Below are positions 20,997 through 31,820 of a DNA stretch of 64,000 nucleotides, piece after piece. The notes under the pieces are model-generated. The model saw only the letters and a list, made by a program, of their open reading frames with translations, was not told where the DNA came from and made no database searches. Every line of letters starts with the position of its first letter. Within the stretch, counting starts at the first letter, position 1. This stretch comes from Escherichia phage LYE-01: the sequence record PQ303785.1; one strand, written 5' to 3'. A program made the position numbers and the translations under genes.

Positions 20997-23090
20997 ATGG
21001 AACTCATTACAGAATTATTTGACGAAGATACTACTCTTCCGATTACAAACTTAAATCCAAAGAAGAAAATACCACAAATTTTTTCAGTTCATGTTGATGA
21101 TGCAATTGAACAACCAGGCTTTCGTTTATGTACCTATACATCTGGAGGTGATACTAATCGCGATTTAAAAATGGGCGATAAAATGATGCATATTGTTCCT
21201 TTTACATTAACTGCTAAAGGTTCAATTGCTAAATTAAAAGGTCTCGGTCCAAGTCCAATTAATTACATCAATTCAGTTTTTACTGTTGCAATGCAGACGA
21301 TGCGTCAGTATAAAATTGATGCCTGTATGCTTCGTATTCTTAAGTCTAAAACTGCTGGTCAAGCTCGACAAATTCAAGTTATTGCTGATAGACTTATCCG
21401 TAGTCGTTCAGGTGGCAGATACGTCCTTCTTAAGGAACTCTGGGATTACGATAAAAAGTACGCATATATTCTTATACATCGCAAAAATGTATCACTAGAA
21501 GACATTCCAGGAGTTCCGGAAATTAGTACCGAGCTTTTTACTAAAGTCGAATCGAAGGTCGGCGATGTTTATATCAATAAAGATACTGGAGCTCAAGTAA
21601 CTAAAAATGAAGCAATTGCAGCATCTATTGCGCAAGAAAATGATAAACGTTCTGACCAAGCTGTAATCGTTAAAGTTAAAATTTCCCGTAGAGCAATTGC
21701 GCAAAGTCAATCATTAGAATCTTCTAGATTTGAAAGCGAATTATTCCAGAAGTATGAATCTACCGCAGCCAATTTTAATAAGCCTGCTACTGCTCCTTTA
21801 ATTCCAGAAGCAGAAGAAATGAAGCTTGGAATTAATTCATTAGCTTCTAAAACTAAGGCAGCAAAAATCATTGCCGAAGGAACCGCAGATGAACTTCACT
21901 ATGACTATAAATTCTTTTCAAAAAGTGAGGTTAATGAAGTTTCTGAAAAAATTAAAGATGTAATTCTTAATGCGATTAAAAATGAACCAACTACTTCAAT
22001 AAAATGTTTAGAGAAATACGCAGCAGCTGTTAATCAATTCTTTGAAGAATATAAAGATAATTGGCTTGATAAACATAATAAAACTCGTAAAGGACAGCCA
22101 GATGAAGTCTGGGAAGAAATAACTAAAAATTCCTGGAACGCAGCAAAAACTAAATTCCTCAAACGAATGATTTATAGCTTTTCTGGAATTGGTGCAGGTC
22201 CAATGATTGATATTACCATTGCCCGTGATGGTTCTAAATACACTCCATCGCAAAAGCGCGGAATTAGAGAGTATTGCGGATCAGGATATACTGACATCAA
22301 TAATCTTCTTTTAGGCCGCTACAATCCAGAACGATATGATGTAATGAGTGAAAAAGAAATTGAATCTGCGATAAATAATTTAGATTCAGCTTTTGAAAAT
22401 GGTGACCGTATACCAGAAGGCATTACAGTTTATCGTGCTCAAAGTATGACTGCTCCTATATATGAAGCACTAGTTAAAAATAAAGTGTTCTATTTCAGAA
22501 ATTTTGTATCTACTTCTTTAACTCCTATCATTTTTGGACGTTTTGGAATTACACATGCTGGTATCGGTCTTTTAGAACCAGAAGCTCGCAATGAATTAAC
22601 AGTTGATAAAAATGAAGAAGGAATAACTATTAATCCAAACGAAATAAGAGCGTATAAAGAAAATCCTGAATACGTTAAAGTTCAAATAGGATGGGCTATT
22701 GATGGAGCTCATAAAGTTAATGTTGTATATCCAGGAAGTCTCGGAATAGCAACAGAAGCTGAAGTTATTCTACCACGCGGATTGATGGTCAAAGTTAATA
22801 AAATAACTGATGCTTCTAATAATGATGGAACAACATCTAATAATACAAAACTCATTCAAGCTGAAGTTATGACTACGGAAGAACTCACCGAATCGGTAAT
22901 TTATGACGGTGACCGTCTAATGGAAACTGGTGAATTGGTTGCAATGACAGATGATATTGAAATAGAAGACAGAGTTGACTTTGCATCATTTGTTTCATCA
23001 AATGTTAAACAGAAAGCAGAATCATCTCTCGGAATTATTGCGTCTTGCATAGATATTACAAACATGCCTTACAAGTTCGTTCAAGGATAA
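20997..23090 (+). CDS. Alt-like ADP-ribosyltransferase paralog A (R-S-EXE type), about 697 aa
   Basis: N-terminal MELITELFD... region shared with the downstream paralog; C-terminal motifs VYRAQ, FVSTSL, EAEVILPRG. Confidence 0.8.
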   Translation: MELITELFDEDTTLPITNLNPKKKIPQIFSVHVDDAIEQPGFRLCTYTSGGDTNRDLKMGDKMMHIVPFTLTAKGSIAKLKGLGPSPINYINSVFTVAMQTMRQYKIDACMLRILKSKTAGQARQIQVIADRLIRSRSGGRYVLLKELWDYDKKYAYILIHRKNVSLEDIPGVPEISTELFTKVESKVGDVYINKDTGAQVTKNEAIAASIAQENDKRSDQAVIVKVKISRRAIAQSQSLESSRFESELFQKYESTAANFNKPATAPLIPEAEEMKLGINSLASKTKAAKIIAEGTADELHYDYKFFSKSEVNEVSEKIKDVILNAIKNEPTTSIKCLEKYAAAVNQFFEEYKDNWLDKHNKTRKGQPDEVWEEITKNSWNAAKTKFLKRMIYSFSGIGAGPMIDITIARDGSKYTPSQKRGIREYCGSGYTDINNLLLGRYNPERYDVMSEKEIESAINNLDSAFENGDRIPEGITVYRAQSMTAPIYEALVKNKVFYFRNFVSTSLTPIIFGRFGITHAGIGLLEPEARNELTVDKNEEGITINPNEIRAYKENPEYVKVQIGWAIDGAHKVNVVYPGSLGIATEAEVILPRGLMVKVNKITDASNNDGTTSNNTKLIQAEVMTTEELTESVIYDGDRLMETGELVAMTDDIEIEDRVDFASFVSSNVKQKAESSLGIIASCIDITNMPYKFVQG

Positions 23091-23093
23091 ATC

Positions 23094-25151
23094 ATGGAAC
23101 TTATTACAGAATTATTTGACGGCGCTTCGGCGCCGGTTGTTAACTTAAATCCTAAGCATAAAATACCTCAAATTTTTGCTATTCAAGCAGGCGAAGAAAG
23201 CGTGCTTCCTGGATTTAGATTTTGTACATACACCTCTGGCGGTGATACAAATAAAAACGTTAAGCCAGGCGATAAAATGATGCATATCGTAATGATAGGT
23301 GTCAATGAGAAACTATCATTAGTTAAACTTAGAAACTTGGGTGGAAATCCAATTGGTGTCATTAATGCGGTTTTTGATACTGCTCTTCAGACAATGAAAC
23401 AATACAAAATTGACGCATGCTTATTCCGCGTACTAAAGAGTAAAACAAATGGTGCAGCTCGTCAAATGCAAGTTATTGCCGACCGTTTAGTACGTACTAA
23501 AGGAGCAGGTCGATATGTTCTTTTAAAGGAAATCTGGGATTACGATAAAAAGTACGCATATATTATGGTTTACCGTAAAAATGCTAATTTAGAAGACATT
23601 CCAGGTGTACCTCCTATTTCAACTGAGTTATTCACAAAAGTTGAATCAAAGGTTGGTGATGTTTATGTAGATGTTAAAACAGGTAATGCTGTTCCTAAAG
23701 CTGTTGCTGTTGCTGCTTCTATTGCTTTAGAAAATGATAAGCGCACGGATCAAGCTGTTATTCAGAAAACTAAAATTAGTCGTCGGTTAGCAGCACAAGC
23801 TCAATATTCTACTGTCGATGCTTCACTTCAGGGTGATAGCTTCGCTGCTAAGAAATATCAAGAGTTTGAATCTAAAGTTCCGGTATATAAAGCAGAAGGA
23901 CCAATGAACTCTGGCGTTATTCAGGTTGGTTCAAACTTCAGCAAAGGAGCTATCGGTGGTATGAGAAGTGCTTCCCGTTTTAAATCTAGTGATTATGAAT
24001 TAGAAAGCTTCCGAAATCATATTGCATTGGCTCATGCGCGTTTACGTGATCCATCTATCAAGTTACAGAGCGATATATCATATCAAGGTTCTCAAGAATA
24101 TTTAAAGAATAAAGAATTTTTTGATTATAAAACTGATAAAATTTTAAGTGATCTTGCTGACATTAATATTTCTAATAGCTTTGATGTTATTAAGAAAATT
24201 GTCAATGATTTAGTTAAAGGTTCTAAAGCCACACCAGATGAAAAGGTAGCTATTGTTCAATTTGTCATGAATGGCGTTTATAAATTGATTAATGAGTCTG
24301 CTTCTCAAGCGTATGAATATGCAAGTACTGAAGTAACTCCAAAAGGATTAACTCAGGCTGAGTCTGATGTAATTGAAGATTATTGTGCAGATTCATATGT
24401 TGAAATGAACTCGTTCCTTTTAGGTAAACCGGATTCTACTCGTGAAGAATACATGGAACGAGCTATTAAACACATCGAGACAATGGATTCTGCCTTTGCC
24501 AAAGGATCAGTTCTTCCTCCAGGAACTACACTTTACCGTGGACAAGAAGTTACCTTTAAAACTTTACGTCATAATATTGAAAATAAAATGTTCTACTTCA
24601 AGAACTTCGTATCCACATCGCTTAAACCAAATATCTTCGGTGAGTATGGTAAAAACTATATGGCTCTAGATGATTCCGGCGCAGTATTTTCTGGTGAAGG
24701 AGAAGGTTCAGTTGACGCAGAAGATTTGATGCATATGGGCAGTCACTCTGCTTATGCGAATGAAGATGCTGAAACTAGCGTGGGTATGGTAATTAAAGGA
24801 GCTGAGCGAATCAAAGTTATCGTTCCAGGACATTTATCAGGATTTCCATCAGAAGCTGAAGTTATTTTACCGCGTGGAATTTTGCTGAAGATTAATAAAG
24901 TGAGTACGTACATGATGAAAGAAACTGCTTATAATAAGTATCTAATCGAAGGCACAATCGTTCCTCCTTCTGAACAATTAGAAGAATCGGTATATGATGG
25001 CGACCATCTAATGGAAACTGGTGAAGTTCGTCCAATGGCTGGATTTAATCAATTCCTTGTAGAAGAATCAAAAGAAGAGGAAAACGAAGTTTCTCAAATC
25101 TTGGCTTCTTTGGTTAACATCAACGGAATGTCTAAAAAGTTCAAGATGTAG
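23094..25151 (+). CDS. alt: Alt-like ADP-ribosyltransferase paralog B (probable alt), 685 aa
   Basis: MELITELFD... N-terminus; LYRGQ, FVSTSL, EAEVILPRG motifs; adjacent to gene 54 as T4 alt. Confidence 0.75.
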   Translation: MELITELFDGASAPVVNLNPKHKIPQIFAIQAGEESVLPGFRFCTYTSGGDTNKNVKPGDKMMHIVMIGVNEKLSLVKLRNLGGNPIGVINAVFDTALQTMKQYKIDACLFRVLKSKTNGAARQMQVIADRLVRTKGAGRYVLLKEIWDYDKKYAYIMVYRKNANLEDIPGVPPISTELFTKVESKVGDVYVDVKTGNAVPKAVAVAASIALENDKRTDQAVIQKTKISRRLAAQAQYSTVDASLQGDSFAAKKYQEFESKVPVYKAEGPMNSGVIQVGSNFSKGAIGGMRSASRFKSSDYELESFRNHIALAHARLRDPSIKLQSDISYQGSQEYLKNKEFFDYKTDKILSDLADINISNSFDVIKKIVNDLVKGSKATPDEKVAIVQFVMNGVYKLINESASQAYEYASTEVTPKGLTQAESDVIEDYCADSYVEMNSFLLGKPDSTREEYMERAIKHIETMDSAFAKGSVLPPGTTLYRGQEVTFKTLRHNIENKMFYFKNFVSTSLKPNIFGEYGKNYMALDDSGAVFSGEGEGSVDAEDLMHMGSHSAYANEDAETSVGMVIKGAERIKVIVPGHLSGFPSEAEVILPRGILLKINKVSTYMMKETAYNKYLIEGTIVPPSEQLEESVYDGDHLMETGEVRPMAGFNQFLVEESKEEENEVSQILASLVNINGMSKKFKM

Positions 25152-25180
25152 TTTACAAGTCACTCGTGTTGTGTTATAAT
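25151..25180 (+). promoter_or_regulatory. T4-type early promoter (near-identical copy of the alc promoter element)
   Basis: GTTTACA -35, 17-nt spacer, TATAAT -10; 54-nt element 25151-25204 differs from 9332-9385 at about 5 positions. Confidence 0.55.
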
Positions 25181-25211
25181 AATCTTACTGACATAACATG
25201 AGGAACACAAA

Positions 25212-25502
25212 ATGAAATCTTCTTTGCGCTTTTTAGGTCAAGAACTCGTAGTTGAAGGCGTTATTCCTGCTGATAACGCTTTTAATGAAGCGGTTTACGA
25301 CGAATTTATCAAAATTTTTGGAACAGATAAAAAGTTCGGAATTTTTCCTTCTGAAAATTTTTCAAAGCCAGAACAGACTGAAAGCATTTTCCAAGGTGTA
25401 GTAACAGGTAAATTTGAGTCAGAAGCTCCGGTAAAAATTGAAGTTTATATTGAAGACAGTTTAGTTGCTTCAGTTGCTGCTTTTATTTCATTCCGTAAAT
25501 AA
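25212..25502 (+). CDS. hypothetical protein, 96 aa
   Basis: ORF with GAGGAA RBS directly downstream of the early promoter copy. Confidence 0.55.
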   Translation: MKSSLRFLGQELVVEGVIPADNAFNEAVYDEFIKIFGTDKKFGIFPSENFSKPEQTESIFQGVVTGKFESEAPVKIEVYIEDSLVASVAAFISFRK

Positions 25503-25506
25503 AAAT

Positions 25507-25528
25507 ATGGGGACCTTTCGGTCCCCAT
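25507..25528. terminator. bidirectional hairpin terminator between convergent genes
   Basis: ATGGGGACC TTTC GGTCCCCAT between the + strand ORF and gene 54. Confidence 0.6.
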
Positions 25529-25530
25529 TG

Positions 25531-26496
25531 TTATATTGCTCCTAATATTTTACTTTGCGAATTGACAATTCCTGTCATAGTATTAATGTTTGAAATGCTT
25601 CCTGCAGTTCCTCCTAATCTACTAAGTCGTGAAAGCGAATTAGATAGTCCAGTAACACCTCCACTATTTCCGAGAACGCTTTGAATACCGTTTATAGCAG
25701 CAGATTCAAGCCATTCAAGAGCAGCTTGTCTATCAACCGCTCCAGCCTGCATGACTCTATACGCAAAAGTAACATCAAATGTAGTTATTTGGTTATCTCC
25801 ATCGTATGATAACTCAGGAGCGCTCACTGACACTGGAATGCATCCAGTGAACATCACCGCAGTATGAGGCAATCCATTGCGAGCATGAAGATTAACTTGA
25901 ATATCTGCTTCAACATCTTGTGGTAAAGCACGTAATCCAGTTACTGGGTCTTGAACAGCGTTAACCCAGTCTTGCATCGCACGATAATTACACGACTCTG
26001 AATCCATTCTAAATGAAATAACCAAAGGGTCTAATTCTCTTCCGGTTATGCGAATATTAGGAGAATTATAGTTCCAGTCAGTTTCATAGGATAATCTATT
26101 CTCTGGCATTTTTACGGAGTATATCATCAATCCAGATGAGTTATATGCCATGTTAAAGAAGTCAATTAAATATGTACCAACTGTAAATGAGCCTAATAAA
26201 CTTTGAACTGTACGTTGACTCATGGCACCAATAAGATATTTACTAACCCCTGATTTTCTTATCAGTTTTTGTGTGCCAGCAGTAATTAGCGTAGTAATTC
26301 CCTGATTAATATCGCCTTGAGTTAATCCTAACCAATCTGAATTTAGGCCCAAGTTATTATAAGAAAAGTTGCTAATTGAACTTATCAACGAAGAGCTTTT
26401 AGTTGATGGAGTTGTCGCAAAAACGCAGCTAAACATATTATTACGTTGGAAATCTGCGTTTATTGCTTGATTATTAAATTCCTCTAAAGAATACAT
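25531..26496 (-). CDS. 54: baseplate tail-tube initiator gp54
   Basis: 321 aa, size and synteny with T4 gp54. Confidence 0.85.
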   Translation of the reverse strand: MYSLEEFNNQAINADFQRNNMFSCVFATTPSTKSSSLISSISNFSYNNLGLNSDWLGLTQGDINQGITTLITAGTQKLIRKSGVSKYLIGAMSQRTVQSLLGSFTVGTYLIDFFNMAYNSSGLMIYSVKMPENRLSYETDWNYNSPNIRITGRELDPLVISFRMDSESCNYRAMQDWVNAVQDPVTGLRALPQDVEADIQVNLHARNGLPHTAVMFTGCIPVSVSAPELSYDGDNQITTFDVTFAYRVMQAGAVDRQAALEWLESAAINGIQSVLGNSGGVTGLSNSLSRLSRLGGTAGSISNINTMTGIVNSQSKILGAI

Positions 26497-27590
26497 TAAA
26501 AAGTCCCCGCATATAAAGAAGCACGGTTTAACGTGATAATTTCTCTCATAGTAATCTCAAGAGTAAATGTACTAGGGAGGTTTGGAGCAATAGCTAATCC
26601 GTTAAAGTTACCATTAGGTGTTTTATCAAATCTGATGCTCTGTATTTGGCATGGGCCAAATATTTCCGTTTTTCCATCAAACTTAGATGTTGCACCAAAG
26701 TTTTTCACCATCCAAATTGTCGGGTTTGAAACTACTAGAACGTTAGTTAAACTCGATGTCATTTTCTCAAATAGTGTTTTATTTTTAGCTGCGTCTTCCG
26801 GAGATAAAGGTTCAATTAACGTAGAACGATACCAATCATCTAAATACCCCTTTATTTCAGCAGCATATTGAGATTTGCCCGTTTCACCATAAGAAAAATA
26901 GTTAAAATATTGATAGATATTAATAATAGCCATTAAATCTTCTGTGGAACGTGGAGTCAAATCCCATGTAAACACTTTAGTTCTATTTTCAGCGCCGCCA
27001 TACATACTTCTGGCTGTCGTATAAATCTGTTCATTATTATCAGCCATTATACCTTGTGTTATACTTTCCAGTGCTCCAAATACTGCAGTTGAAGCAATAT
27101 TACTTAGCACACCAGTAGCAGTACCTCCGCCTCTGCTGATAAGACTTTCTTGAACATCATTAAATCTATGTGATGATGTATCAACATCGGATTTAGATCT
27201 TGGTAAAAGAATATTTGCAACAGGGGCTTTACTTATTGTTCCTGAATTATTATCTGATATTAATCCATTTGACAGTTTTGATACTGTATTACTGATAGTG
27301 TTTCTGGCTGTACGTAAAATACTCGAAGATGAAGAAGAGTAGTTAGATCTCATCGATCTAAGACTTCCAGAATCCCTAGATGACATATTGTACGCAGTAA
27401 ATAATAATCCATTCTTATATAGATCTGTTACCTGGAAGTCCCCTGTAGTGTCATTACCACTAGCACGCCCAGTTGGAAACTGGGCAGTGTATGTTTTAGT
27501 TGCTACTTCTGATTTAGTACTCTGTCCGGCTGAAATTTTCTCACCGGACTTTTTAATTAAATCAGCAGTTATTTCTTTAACAATTGCCAT
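26496..27590 (-). CDS. 48: baseplate tail-tube cap gp48
   Basis: 364 aa, size and synteny. Confidence 0.85.
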   Translation of the reverse strand: MAIVKEITADLIKKSGEKISAGQSTKSEVATKTYTAQFPTGRASGNDTTGDFQVTDLYKNGLLFTAYNMSSRDSGSLRSMRSNYSSSSSSILRTARNTISNTVSKLSNGLISDNNSGTISKAPVANILLPRSKSDVDTSSHRFNDVQESLISRGGGTATGVLSNIASTAVFGALESITQGIMADNNEQIYTTARSMYGGAENRTKVFTWDLTPRSTEDLMAIINIYQYFNYFSYGETGKSQYAAEIKGYLDDWYRSTLIEPLSPEDAAKNKTLFEKMTSSLTNVLVVSNPTIWMVKNFGATSKFDGKTEIFGPCQIQSIRFDKTPNGNFNGLAIAPNLPSTFTLEITMREIITLNRASLYAGTF

Positions 27591-27598
27591 ATTATTCC

Positions 27599-29371
27599 TT
27601 AATTAACTCCAGTCGCATCAAATACACCAGGAGCAGTCGTGCTCGTAACAGGTGTCATATTATGAACGACAGTATTTTTCTTAATAACATTATTAGTATT
27701 ATTGATCGAAGGAGATACTTGTTGAACAGGAGCTTGCTGTGCTTTGTTCTTTTCAATAACCTGGACTTGTTTTGCTTCTGGCGATTTAGCAGAAGTTTCA
27801 GGCTTGGCGTTAGGCTGATTTTTCTTAAGCTCTTGATAAGTAGCATCAATTTTAGAAAATCTAGCAGCAAGTTCTTTTTTAACTGCCGGTGAATTATTTA
27901 AATCCGGGTCATCCATCCGTTTTTTAAGGTCTTCATAGGCAGCTTCAACTGATTTAACTGTTGAGTCTTTACTCATATCAGCTGAATCGGCATATTGATC
28001 AAAACGATTCATAGCAGCACGAGCTTCATTAGCTTTCATTAAAGCAATTTTAGCTTCCTCCGGAGAAAGTTGCTTTAATTTTTCTTCTTCCTCTGCCCTC
28101 TCTTCATCAGTCGTTAGTGCTTCTTTATTATCAACACCACGAATCCAGTTAGATGCACGAGTTTTCCAGTTCGCAATTTTGTCTAGTCCTTTTGCTATCG
28201 GACCAAGTTCTCCATTCATTCTTTTATATTGATAGTTTGCAACTTTTTCTTGGTCTTCTTTGTTAAGAGAAGCATTTGTAGTATTTTGGAAATTTTCTAG
28301 TGCTCTTCCTTCTACTTCATCAGCGGTATCCTTCATGCCAGGAATGACTCGAAGAATTGCAGCAGATAATTTAGCCATACCTAATTGAATAAGCTCTCCT
28401 AAATTAAAAAGAACCTTTCCAAGCCCTTCTACAATAGCTACAGTCAAACCACCCCAGTCTCCCGCTTCCCAGAATTTTTTAATTTCATCGATAGAACTAA
28501 AGATGCTTTGTAATAAAGGACCCCATGTTCCGGTTTCGCTAGAGAATTTAGTAAAGTCTGTACTAAACAAATCCCAAGCCTGTGAAAATTTATCTGACCA
28601 ATATTTGAAATGAACCATCAACAGGTCTATTCCGACAACAACAGCCAATATCATTGCTGTCATTTTAGCAGCTTCAATAGCAGCACTGACGGTATACTTA
28701 AATAGCATGCTTGATATTTTATCAGTAATTGAAATAGATTTCTTAAATCCGAAATCAACAGTCTTTGTTAATTTATCTAAAGCTTGAGATAATTTTAAGT
28801 TAAATGCGTCTTTTTTCTGTTTTTCTTCTGGCGATTCTTGTTTGGGCTCAACTGGCTGAGGGGTAGGGAAAAAATCAGCATCAGGATCATTATTAACTGC
28901 TTCAGGAGCCGGTAATAAAGGACCCACAGATTCAGCTGTATCATCCTCAACAACTTTAACAGGAATAGCGCTTTCAACCGTGGCTAAACTAGTTCCCGTC
29001 TGTTGAATTCCAGCTGTCTGAATTTTTTGCTCTAGTAAACTTGTTAATTTATCTAATTTGCTCCCGAGCGATTCACCAATTTCTTTATTAATATTGTTGC
29101 CAATTTCGACAGTTTCAGCAATTAATTCAGAACCGGCAGTAGTATCACTCACTGCGCTTTCTACATTATCAATTGCTCCAATTATTTCATTTGATTTTTC
29201 TTCGACCGTTTGAGCAATTAATTCAGAAGCAGCTTGAGCATCATCCAATTTCGTAGATATATCGTTAAGTCCAGATAAAGTGTTAGAAGCGGATTTAGCC
29301 GCTTCCTGTGTTGGTTTATTATCTGAAATAACTTTTCTACGCATCGTTTGCATTTCTTGTGGCTTTTTCAT
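27599..29371 (-). CDS. 29: baseplate hub / tail length determinator gp29
   Basis: 590 aa, size and synteny. Confidence 0.85.
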   Translation of the reverse strand: MKKPQEMQTMRRKVISDNKPTQEAAKSASNTLSGLNDISTKLDDAQAASELIAQTVEEKSNEIIGAIDNVESAVSDTTAGSELIAETVEIGNNINKEIGESLGSKLDKLTSLLEQKIQTAGIQQTGTSLATVESAIPVKVVEDDTAESVGPLLPAPEAVNNDPDADFFPTPQPVEPKQESPEEKQKKDAFNLKLSQALDKLTKTVDFGFKKSISITDKISSMLFKYTVSAAIEAAKMTAMILAVVVGIDLLMVHFKYWSDKFSQAWDLFSTDFTKFSSETGTWGPLLQSIFSSIDEIKKFWEAGDWGGLTVAIVEGLGKVLFNLGELIQLGMAKLSAAILRVIPGMKDTADEVEGRALENFQNTTNASLNKEDQEKVANYQYKRMNGELGPIAKGLDKIANWKTRASNWIRGVDNKEALTTDEERAEEEEKLKQLSPEEAKIALMKANEARAAMNRFDQYADSADMSKDSTVKSVEAAYEDLKKRMDDPDLNNSPAVKKELAARFSKIDATYQELKKNQPNAKPETSAKSPEAKQVQVIEKNKAQQAPVQQVSPSINNTNNVIKKNTVVHNMTPVTSTTAPGVFDATGVN

Positions 29372-29901
29372 TCAAATAATCCAATAATATTGCCAATTCC
29401 GGTTATTGGACCATTAGGGCCAGGAATTGCTAAAGTTGTAAAAATGTCATTTGCCCATTTTAAAACGAATGCTGGCATCTCAAGAAAATTAATTTCTTTA
29501 ACTTCATCATTGACCTTAAGCAAGCACTTGGATAACATATCGCTCACAGTTAAAAATTGTTCAAATTTTCCAGGCGGTCTAAAATAAAATGTATTTCCTT
29601 GGTATTGAAATTCCAATCTTTGGCATACATAAACATCATTAATGTCATAAGTATAACCATCTATTTCTTTACGAGATTTAATCTTTCCATTAAATTCCAA
29701 TAAATGAATAGAAACGAAATCAACTTCTGCCGGTGATAAATTCGGACAAATAGAATCAATAAGAAGTTTTAAATTTTCATCAGGACCTTTAACATCTTTT
29801 AAAATGTTATAATGTTTAAGACCCATTTTAGGAATAGAAACTTCTTTATTGCTTATTGGAAGAACTACTTTCTTCAGTGGTAGTATCAGATTTAAATTCA
29901 T
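29368..29901 (-). CDS. 28: baseplate hub distal subunit gp28
   Basis: 177 aa, size and synteny. Confidence 0.8.
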   Translation of the reverse strand: MNLNLILPLKKVVLPISNKEVSIPKMGLKHYNILKDVKGPDENLKLLIDSICPNLSPAEVDFVSIHLLEFNGKIKSRKEIDGYTYDINDVYVCQRLEFQYQGNTFYFRPPGKFEQFLTVSDMLSKCLLKVNDEVKEINFLEMPAFVLKWANDIFTTLAIPGPNGPITGIGNIIGLFE

Positions 29902-31021
29902 TTTTAACCTTAACTGGGTCTATTGTTTCCAGTTTCGTTGCATTAGTGAACATATATAGATGAGTTACTGAATTATTATTGGATAATTCATGAATAACTT
30001 CATCAACGTAAAATTCTGTTTTAAATTGGTTTTTACTATCATTAAAAATAATTTTAACGCCAGGAGTCAAGTTAAAATTACCGACAGTAGAACATTTAGC
30101 ATAGCCATCGTATTGCGCCATAGTTTGAAGACGAATAGCTTCTTCATATCCATTCCTATAAGTCATTTCAGAATAAGCACCTGACCTTGACACTACAATA
30201 GAGTTTTCGCCCTTTCCTGTAGTAATCATTGGCAATGAAGAATCTAAAAATGAATGAGCATAGATAGTAGCGTTTTTCATTGGGTTACGTTTGTGAGGAT
30301 TCGATTTAGTCAACCAAACGAAATCATATGCCAATGGATATTTTAATTCTTGGATGAATTGACCTATTAAAGATGGCTCACCGACAATCATTGGATACGG
30401 TTCTTGATTTATCATCATATCATAGTCCATCATGTTAACTCCCATGATGTCTTGCCATACAAATACAAATTTGTCACTTCCTACAGCTAGAGCAACTTCT
30501 CTGACATACGACAAATAGTTTTCAAATGTACTAGTCCACGGAATATCAGGAACATAAGCATTTATAGCATTTATTGCTGGAGTCAATAGCGTACGGTCTT
30601 GATAAATGACGCCAAGCATTTCCTTTATAGATTCACCTGCATCAGGAAAAAACGGTCTGCCAAATTTAAGATTTTCTATAGAATGAATAGTTCCCAATTC
30701 AATAGCAATGATGTTATCACCTTTTGAATCTACTGACACGGAAAAATGCTTACATCCATAAATTCTTGTTTTAACATTATTAATATCGTTTGCATTAGCT
30801 ACAGAAATCTGAATTATTTCATTTCCATCCATTTTTGTATGGATGTTTTTAGAATCATAAAACTGCAGCATTCCTTCATTTCGGCCATAAAGAGAATCCC
30901 GCATAGTTAATGTGGTAATAGTAGCAGCTAATTCAACAAATCTATTATTACTCCAAGCGTCGTAGCTATCAAATAATTTAACGCTGAGATTTGGATATCC
31001 TGGGCGTTGCAACATACTCAT
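29846..31021 (-). CDS. 27: baseplate hub subunit gp27
   Basis: 391 aa, size and synteny. Confidence 0.85.
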   Translation of the reverse strand: MSMLQRPGYPNLSVKLFDSYDAWSNNRFVELAATITTLTMRDSLYGRNEGMLQFYDSKNIHTKMDGNEIIQISVANANDINNVKTRIYGCKHFSVSVDSKGDNIIAIELGTIHSIENLKFGRPFFPDAGESIKEMLGVIYQDRTLLTPAINAINAYVPDIPWTSTFENYLSYVREVALAVGSDKFVFVWQDIMGVNMMDYDMMINQEPYPMIVGEPSLIGQFIQELKYPLAYDFVWLTKSNPHKRNPMKNATIYAHSFLDSSLPMITTGKGENSIVVSRSGAYSEMTYRNGYEEAIRLQTMAQYDGYAKCSTVGNFNLTPGVKIIFNDSKNQFKTEFYVDEVIHELSNNNSVTHLYMFTNATKLETIDPVKVKNEFKSDTTTEESSSSNKQ

Positions 31022-31770
31022 TATTGTTTATCCTTCTCAATCAGTTTTAATACGAATCCGCGCTCGGCAGGAATCATTTTCATTATTGAATTTAAGCTAT
31101 AATTACTTTTTACGAGTGTGTGATTAATTTGATAAAAAGTAAATATTTCATCTGGGTTAACTAATAGCTTAAACACATCTACTATATCAGTGTATTTTTT
31201 TACATACTTATCACAGCAGGACATATGTAGCGTTAAATTAATAGGATTCAATGCATCGAGAATTTTTTCTAATGTTTCTATCTCGATGGCATCAACAAGT
31301 TCTATTTGACTTGATTCACTAATTTCCTTCCAATCATACCATGTTTCATCTACTTGAACAGAATGAATATTTTCAGTAATCATCTTTGCTTTATTTTCAT
31401 AAAACTCAGAAGGAAACTTTAATTTAATTTTAACATTAGCTACATCGAAAACAGGTTCCTTTAATTCTTTTTGATATATTTCAAATGGAACTGTCTTTTC
31501 TTTTTTACATTTTGGACATACAAATGTGACCGGTACTTTAGTTTTACCTATTGATCCTACAAATACCTGCAAAAATATAAATGGTTGCCAAGTCTTCGGA
31601 TAGTCTCCAAAATAATCGGCAATTAAATCAGCAATTATTTCTTTTTGTTCTTGTGGTGACCGATGTTCTATATCGTTTCGAACTAACAAAAAATCTCGAT
31701 AATCTTCTACCGTAAATGGTTTAAAACGATGAACACCATCTGGTAATTTACAACGAATAATGTTTGCCAT
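31021..31770 (-). CDS. 51: baseplate hub assembly catalyst gp51
   Basis: 249 aa, size and synteny. Confidence 0.85.
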   Translation of the reverse strand: MANIIRCKLPDGVHRFKPFTVEDYRDFLLVRNDIEHRSPQEQKEIIADLIADYFGDYPKTWQPFIFLQVFVGSIGKTKVPVTFVCPKCKKEKTVPFEIYQKELKEPVFDVANVKIKLKFPSEFYENKAKMITENIHSVQVDETWYDWKEISESSQIELVDAIEIETLEKILDALNPINLTLHMSCCDKYVKKYTDIVDVFKLLVNPDEIFTFYQINHTLVKSNYSLNSIMKMIPAERGFVLKLIEKDKQ

Positions 31771-31787
31771 AGATGCTCCTTTTATTC

Positions 31788-31799
31788 TATTTATAAATA
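31788..31799. promoter_or_regulatory. palindromic bidirectional late promoter TATTTATAAATA
   Basis: Contains TATAAATA on both strands between divergent genes 51 (-) and 26 (+). Confidence 0.5.
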
Positions 31800-31820
31800 T
31801 GATAAATAAAGGAGCTAAAT

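Noticed and set aside
23091-23093. Possible independent promoter for the second Alt-like gene
   Set aside because: Only 3 nt separate the paralogs and no TATAAATA or sigma70-like element precedes 23094; it is most likely co-transcribed from the late promoter at 20966.
27584-27892. 102-aa + strand ORF
   Set aside because: Antisense within gene 29; low-complexity AT-rich artefact.
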